Below, one piece after another: positions 26,729 to 32,000 of a stretch of 32,000 nucleotides of DNA. The notes under the pieces were generated by a model. That model was not told the DNA's origin. It ran no database searches and saw nothing but the letters and a program-made list of their open reading frames with translations. The number at the start of each line of letters is the position of its first letter. Positions within the stretch are counted from its first letter, which is position 1. Made by a program: the position numbers and the translations under genes. Location of the stretch: assembly GCA_003144275.1 (NCBI GenBank), contig NJBF01000002.1, positions 30,001 to 62,000 of the forward strand. Reading direction: 5' to 3'. This DNA is from Candidatus Heimdallarchaeota archaeon B3_Heim. Lineage in GTDB: Archaea; Asgardarchaeota; Heimdallarchaeia; Hodarchaeales; Hodarchaeaceae.

Positions 26729-27250
26729 TTAGTCCGTTGTCTGTTTTATTTCTTGAAGTCGCTTCAATCCATCGATATCAACAATGACTTTTTGTACACT
26801 TAGGGGTACTAAATGCTCCCATTTTGCACCCTCTATCATTAATTGTCTTATGTTCGACCCTTTGTAGATGGATCTTTTAACAAGTTTGGACGATTTTACT
26901 TGATATCCAGCTTCAACAAAAAGGCGTTGAATTAAGCTATTATTTGTAAAAACTATAGAGAACGAAGGAGTGAAACTCTGTACATGACTTACCCAAATAG
27001 GATTGCGAAAAATATCGTAGACCGGTATACAGAAGATATTTTCAAGAGCAATCTTCTCCGTTTTCAGGGTCTCATGAATCATCAAAATTCGTTCTCCTGT
27101 AGTAAAGGGATCTGTTATGGTGTGTGATTGCTGGGCGCTTCCTATAACAATAATTAACTCGTCAACTTCCTCTAAGAGTGATTTTATTGTTTGAAGATGA
27201 CCGAGATGGAATGGACTAAAACGTCCAACAAATAAGCCTCTGATTGTTAA
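26729..27250 (-). CDS. nadM: Nicotinamide-nucleotide adenylyltransferase (archaeal NMNAT), ~173 aa; start codon non-canonical
   Basis: Extending the track ORF upstream in frame gives LTIRGLFVGRFSPFHLGHLQ (HxGH), GSAQQSHT..PFTTGER, and later KGSNIRQLM. Confidence 0.92.
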   Translation of the reverse strand, partial: LTIRGLFVGRFSPFHLGHLQTIKSLLEEVDELIIVIGSAQQSHTITDPFTTGERILMIHETLKTEKIALENIFCIPVYDIFRNPIWVSHVQSFTPSFSIVFTNNSLIQRLFVEAGYQVKSSKLVKRSIYKGSNIRQLMIEGAKWEHLVPLSVQKVIVDIDGLKRLQEIKQTTD

Positions 27251-27258
27251 ATTTATTT

Positions 27259-27263
27259 CCTCC
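27259..27263 (-). promoter_or_regulatory. Shine-Dalgarno GGAGG upstream of nadM
   Basis: Minus strand AAGGAGGAAATAAATTTAACAATCAGAGGC; in-frame TTA sits 8 nt downstream. Confidence 0.65.
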
Positions 27264-27270
27264 TTGTTGT

Positions 27271-28074
27271 TTAATTCTCCTTTTTACTGTCTTTCCGTTC
27301 TGTTTTAACTCGTAAAGCATCTTCTATTGAAATTTTTCCTAACGCTACTTGTTCGGCTAGTTTAGAGTCTATTGTAAGATTGCCTGACAATTCTCGACTC
27401 CTGTTTTGAATTTCTTTTACACGTCCAAGAGGAATTTCAGTTCTTACCATATGGGTTTTTGGTTGGCCTTCTCTAAACCCAATTGCAATAGCGGCTTTTT
27501 CATCGAGACTGAGATCCGATTGAGAAGAGGTTGTTTTAACATTGGTTGCGGCTTCATTAACGATTTCCAGATGAAAATTAGGAATGTTCTGGAACGCTTC
27601 AAAAATTCTATTGAATACTACCGTCGATATTGATATGGGTTTGTCGCCAATCCGTACGATTATTTTTTCTGATGGAAATGTCAAAAGAAACCCCTGTATG
27701 GTATTATTCAAAGTTTCAAGATAAACTGTCTTCGCAGATAATGTCATTCCATCACAAATTGCCGCAACACCTATTTTCTCTCCAGGATCAATTCCAATGA
27801 GCATCTTTTGGAAACAGGGTGATTGATTTCGAGCTATTAATCCAATCAAGTTGGGGACTGTATCTACACCAAGATCTTCATATCTAAGATGAATCACACC
27901 ATTATTACTTTGTTCATGGACATCTTCATCAGTTGTGATAATTAAATCAAAGTGTTTCAGTGGTATTGGTTGATTTTCTGAGAAAAATTTTACTCTAAGA
28001 GATGTGTTTTGGCTTAACTTCAACAATTTGTAGTAAAACCGCATATTATTTGTTCTAACTGCTATGACAGCCAA
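27271..28074 (-). CDS. RNase H-fold (YqgF/RuvC-like) nuclease-domain protein
   Basis: LIGIDPGEKIGVA, VRIGD, VNEAAT, DEKAAIAI acidic motifs plus a C-terminal IQNRSRELSG helical tail. Confidence 0.72.
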   Translation of the reverse strand: MAVIAVRTNNMRFYYKLLKLSQNTSLRVKFFSENQPIPLKHFDLIITTDEDVHEQSNNGVIHLRYEDLGVDTVPNLIGLIARNQSPCFQKMLIGIDPGEKIGVAAICDGMTLSAKTVYLETLNNTIQGFLLTFPSEKIIVRIGDKPISISTVVFNRIFEAFQNIPNFHLEIVNEAATNVKTTSSQSDLSLDEKAAIAIGFREGQPKTHMVRTEIPLGRVKEIQNRSRELSGNLTIDSKLAEQVALGKISIEDALRVKTERKDSKKEN

Positions 28075-28188
28075 AATATGACATCCATTAAAGATAGTAG
28101 ACCCTGATCTTACTGCCTATAATAATATATTCTGTGCAGATTTCTTAATATTAGAGATACAAATAATCCACGTAGCGATGTATCAGTC

Positions 28189-28797
28189 ATGAATCAAGAA
28201 TTATCCCCGATTTTTCAAGCTAAAAATAAGGTCATTCATATTTTTGGATTACCAGGTACCTATAAAACAGCTTTTCTTGTTCAAATTATCTGGCAAAAAC
28301 TTAAAGAGGGGATAGATCAAATATTTTTGGTGGATGCTAGCGGTAATTTTCCCTATGTAAAATTAAAGCCTATAGAAGATCTTTTGTCTAATCTTATTGT
28401 CTTCCAACCTAAGTCACTGAAAGAAGAATTACTGATTATTGATGATCTCGAAATTAAGGGGGTTGCAGATACAACCATACTTCTAATAGATGATATTTTT
28501 CATAGGATTAATCCAGAGGAGGAGAATCACCTTGAATCCTATCTTTTAGCAATTATTCAAGCACTATCACAACGAATTAGTTTTCCAATATTTTTAACAA
28601 ACCAAGGACGAGGATTTGAGAATAGGATTCATCCGCTTAGAGCAACTCTTATGACGAGATATTTTGACAACCATCTCTTTTTTCAGAAATCAACAAAGAA
28701 AAATGTCATTCAAATCATGAAATTAATCAATGATAGACATGAGTTCTTAACTGAACTGCAAGTCGATCCTTCAGGCTTTTTTCCTGATATGTTCTGA
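28189..28797 (+). CDS. Short RecA/RadB-like ATPase-fold protein
   Basis: IHIFGLPGTYKT (Walker A variant), FLVDAS, LLIDDI (Walker B), IFLTNQ; no N-terminal HhH domain. Confidence 0.68.
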   Translation: MNQELSPIFQAKNKVIHIFGLPGTYKTAFLVQIIWQKLKEGIDQIFLVDASGNFPYVKLKPIEDLLSNLIVFQPKSLKEELLIIDDLEIKGVADTTILLIDDIFHRINPEEENHLESYLLAIIQALSQRISFPIFLTNQGRGFENRIHPLRATLMTRYFDNHLFFQKSTKKNVIQIMKLINDRHEFLTELQVDPSGFFPDMF

Positions 28798-28806
28798 AAT
28801 CTTCAA

Positions 28807-30588
28807 TTATATGCGTCGTACTTGTTTCAACATCTCTTGATACGCGATTCTAAAGTAGGTCGGTCGTCCGTGAGCACATATATTTGGGTTTTCAGTCTTG
28901 ACTAAACGAGATAGTAATTCTTGAGTTTGACGAAAAGATAGTTGATCTCCTGATCGATAAGAGGTATGGCAGGCGATTACACTCAAAATTTTTGTGATCT
29001 CATCCTGAAAGAGTGAGGTATCAATTTTTGATGAGAGTAATTCAAAGAATGTTTCAATATCAGTTTTTGCTAGTATTTTGGGAATCCCATGAATTTCAAT
29101 TATTTCAACTTGCTTTTTAGGAACTCGTATATCGAAACCCAAGTTTGAGAGCTGTGGTATGAGCTGCTCATCTACAGAACGCTTAGTGAGTTCAAATGGT
29201 TGCAAAAGAGTTTGGATAGATACTTTTCCTAATTTATGAAGATTTATCAAACGTTCGAGGTTTACTCTTTCATGGGCTGCGTGGAAATCAAGAACAACCA
29301 AGTCATGAGTTGTAACATCTTCTAAAAGAATGAATTCTTTTCCTAAGGGGCCTCGATACTTCAGATCTGCACCAATCAGATCCAAGGTCTCAGCTTTTTT
29401 TATGACATCGCTGAATTCACGGTGCATTAGCGGTTGATTACTAAATTCAATCTCGGAGGGAAGTGATTTTGTATCCAGTTGTACTTGAGACGCTTTAATT
29501 GGACTTCGAGAAGGACGGGAATCTACCTTTGACAGATTTAATTGATTTTGTCTCTTTTTGATTGATGTACGAGTAAGTTGGGGAACTAAATCACTGGTTT
29601 TAAGACAATGATTAACCGCGCCATGAACTGCAGTTCGAAGCATCTTTTCATCAAAAAACAAAACTTCACGCTTTTGAGGGTGAATATTTACATCAAATTC
29701 CTCTGGATCTATATCTAAATAAAGAAATGCACAAGGAAATTCCCCTTTCATTAGGTATTTGCCATATCCTTCTTCTAATGCTTCCTGTAAGATGTTAGAA
29801 AAAATTCTACGTCCATTGAGATAGAAAAACTGAAATTTTCTGTTTCGTTTGTGATTCCCTGGCTTACTGATATATCCCATTATGGATATTTTATCGTGTC
29901 CTACCACTCCTAAATTCAATAGGCCTTGTACGAGTTCTGAACCAAATACTTTTCGAATTGGGAGTAAATAATCAGTAGATCTGATAGTATGAATAAGTTC
30001 TTTGTCATCTACCTTGAAGATGAATGAAATCTCTGGATGTGCAACTGCATATTGAGCAACAATGTCATAAATGTATCCTTGTTCGATATATGATTTTTTT
30101 AAGAACTTTCTTCTTACAATGAAGTTGAAAAAGAGATCTTTTACCCGAATGATGGTTCCTGAAACTGCAAGAATGTCTTCAGATATGGATATATTATCAA
30201 CATCTCCAGAAACTTTCAATTTTGTAGCAATTTCTTCTTCGGCCTTTCGACTAATAATCGTAAATCGGCACACCGAAGCAATAGAATACAGCGCCTCACC
30301 TCGGAATCCCATGGTATTTATTCTAGCTAAGTCTGCTTCAGATTCAATTTTGCTTGTAGAATGACGTTTTATTGCTAAAGGTAATTCATTTGCTGCAATG
30401 CCTTTTCCATTATCCCTGATCTCAATTAGATCTTTACCCCCTTCTACAATAATTATTGTAATTTCAGTAGCTTCTGCATCAATTGCATTTTCTATTAATT
30501 CTTTGACAACAGATACTGGACGTTCAATTACTTCACCCGCAGCGATTTTACTTATGACCAATGGCTCAAGGAGTTGTATCTTTGGCAA
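28807..30588 (-). CDS. mutL: DNA mismatch repair protein MutL
   Basis: KIAAGEVIERP, ELIENAIDA, DNGKG, HSTSK, GFRGEAL; C-terminal DFHAAHERVNLE, ACH and CAHGRP. Confidence 0.97.
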   Translation of the reverse strand: MPKIQLLEPLVISKIAAGEVIERPVSVVKELIENAIDAEATEITIIIVEGGKDLIEIRDNGKGIAANELPLAIKRHSTSKIESEADLARINTMGFRGEALYSIASVCRFTIISRKAEEEIATKLKVSGDVDNISISEDILAVSGTIIRVKDLFFNFIVRRKFLKKSYIEQGYIYDIVAQYAVAHPEISFIFKVDDKELIHTIRSTDYLLPIRKVFGSELVQGLLNLGVVGHDKISIMGYISKPGNHKRNRKFQFFYLNGRRIFSNILQEALEEGYGKYLMKGEFPCAFLYLDIDPEEFDVNIHPQKREVLFFDEKMLRTAVHGAVNHCLKTSDLVPQLTRTSIKKRQNQLNLSKVDSRPSRSPIKASQVQLDTKSLPSEIEFSNQPLMHREFSDVIKKAETLDLIGADLKYRGPLGKEFILLEDVTTHDLVVLDFHAAHERVNLERLINLHKLGKVSIQTLLQPFELTKRSVDEQLIPQLSNLGFDIRVPKKQVEIIEIHGIPKILAKTDIETFFELLSSKIDTSLFQDEITKILSVIACHTSYRSGDQLSFRQTQELLSRLVKTENPNICAHGRPTYFRIAYQEMLKQVRRI

Positions 30589-30592
30589 TTTC

Positions 30593-32000
30593 TTATTTCT
30601 CCTCGATTTTGTGTTCTAGCTTCTTTAATTCTTCGATGAGTTCCTCAAGCTGTTTTAATGCTTCTATCGGAGTTTTATAATTAACATCGATACCTGTATA
30701 ACTCTTAAGAAAAGCTAATATCGTAAATTTCAGACTTTTCAGCTCTTCTTCATATTTGTCCTTACTAATATTTTGAGAGAAAGCTTCAGCAAGTGATAAT
30801 TGTCGTGGTTGTCCTGTTTTCTCTCCTACCCCTTTTGTCATGGGTTTATGGCTGGAAGTTGACTCTAGTTCTAGAAGTTTCTTTTGGGCATTATAAATGA
30901 CACTTTGAGGAACTCCAGCCATTTTAGCCACACTAATACCAAAAGAATGGTCGGTAGCACCCTGATGTAATTTATATAACAACATTAGCTCACCATTACG
31001 TTCTTTGGCTGTAAGGTGGAAATTTTTAACTCTGGATGAACGTTCTACCAGTTCACTTAATTGATGGTAGTGGGTAGCAAACAATGTTTTACATTTGATA
31101 TTAACTACAATATGTTCAGCTATTGCCCAAGCCAGAGATAAACCATCGAATGTACTTGTTCCTCGACCCACCTCATCTAAGATAACTAAGGAATTTTCCG
31201 TTGCATTATGTAATATATGAGATGTTTCAAGCATTTCTAGCATGAAAGTTGATTGCCCAAACGCTAAACGATCAAATGCACCAACTCTTGTGAATATTTT
31301 ATCAACAATCCCAAATTCAAACGATTTAGCTGGTACCCAAGATCCTGTTTGAGCCATTAGTATCATTAAAGCCACTTGACGAATCAAAGTTGATTTACCA
31401 GACATATTAGGGCCTGTAACTATGTGGAGCTCACCTTCTTCTAGGAGAATAGAATTGGGTACAAATCCAGTATCGTGTTGTAGATGTTCCACAACAGCAT
31501 GTCGTCCCTCACGAATCTTAATTTTTGACCCCTCAATAATAAGAGGACGACAATAGTTATTCTTAAGAGCAGTAGATGCAAAGCAGGTCAAAACGTCTAC
31601 TTCTGCTAATAAATCTGAAAACGATTTAACTTGAGTGAGGTTCTCTGATATCTTATCACGAACTTCACAAAAAAGATTATATTCAAGATCCATTATCTTT
31701 TCGTCTAAATTCAATATTTTTTCTTCAATTTCTTTCAATCTAGGAGTAATGAAGCGCTCGGCGTTAACTAGCGTTTGACGGCGAGTATAATCAGAAGGAA
31801 TTGCATCTTCCCCAGCATCCCTTAATTGAGCCTTAGTGGCTTCTATATAATAACCATGAACAGAATTATACCCAAGTTTAATGTTAAAAGATGTCCGGTT
31901 CTGTTCATGAACTTCAACCTCAGTAAGGATAGCTTTCTGATTTATTTTTAACTCGTAGAGTTCAAATAATTCCTCATGAAATTCTGGTTTAATGATGCCT
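30593..32000 (-). CDS. mutS: DNA mismatch repair protein MutS (MutS1 type, 5' end outside the window)
   Basis: The frame is open to the window edge (GYNSVHGYYIE, RRQTLVNAERFITP); TGPNMSGKST, FGQSTFMLEM, LDEVGRGTS, ATHYHQL, SFGISVA. Confidence 0.97.
   Translation of the reverse strand, partial: GIIKPEFHEELFELYELKINQKAILTEVEVHEQNRTSFNIKLGYNSVHGYYIEATKAQLRDAGEDAIPSDYTRRQTLVNAERFITPRLKEIEEKILNLDEKIMDLEYNLFCEVRDKISENLTQVKSFSDLLAEVDVLTCFASTALKNNYCRPLIIEGSKIKIREGRHAVVEHLQHDTGFVPNSILLEEGELHIVTGPNMSGKSTLIRQVALMILMAQTGSWVPAKSFEFGIVDKIFTRVGAFDRLAFGQSTFMLEMLETSHILHNATENSLVILDEVGRGTSTFDGLSLAWAIAEHIVVNIKCKTLFATHYHQLSELVERSSRVKNFHLTAKERNGELMLLYKLHQGATDHSFGISVAKMAGVPQSVIYNAQKKLLELESTSSHKPMTKGVGEKTGQPRQLSLAEAFSQNISKDKYEEELKSLKFTILAFLKSYTGIDVNYKTPIEALKQLEELIEELKKLEHKIEEK

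Noticed and set aside
2246-30619. Short ORFs in the track that overlap recognised genes (e.g. 2246, 2592, 5009, 6910, 7768, 8108, 8338, 8354, 11275, 11726, 13188, 13295, 16622, 17950, 19406, 20614, 21686, 21976, 22651, 26146, 27406, 30071, 30398)
   Set aside because: They are antisense or off-frame shadows of well-supported genes and show no motifs.
1-32000. CRISPR array, rRNA, transposase or provirus
   Set aside because: No regularly spaced repeats, rRNA-like tracts, transposase, integrase or capsid genes seen, and no duplicated tRNA 3' end indicating an att site.

Overview
AT-rich archaeal core-genome window. The gene set (rpl40e, rpl21e, rpo4, pus10, trmY, srp54, nog1, A/V-ATPase A) is archaeal. 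A presenilin-like protease, a CdvA-like coiled coil and a MutS/MutL pair suggest an Asgard lineage, which is an inference and not a search result. The window holds about 29 protein genes and 7 tRNA genes, with many RNA-modification enzymes (RtcA, TrmJ, MtaB, TrmY, Pus10, TruA). The ORF track misses rtcA and rpl40e and truncates nadM, the HD protein and mutS. The main signal is tRNA fragmentation: 6 of 7 tRNAs are interrupted, by 11 introns in total, each with a readable bulge-helix-bulge (BHB) motif. Five tRNAs carry two introns. Sites are canonical 37/38, T-loop 59/60 (three times), D-loop (twice) and an unusual 14/15 site in tRNA-Met. Other leads: a free-standing five-HTH plus LAGLIDADG protein with a pseudoknot-like 5' element, a presenilin with an inserted extracellular beta-sandwich, two conserved genes with no ATG/GTG/TTG at the expected start, and an orphan ATPase A subunit. 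All folds and family calls were made by eye; coordinates inside tRNA-Glu may be off by 1 nt.
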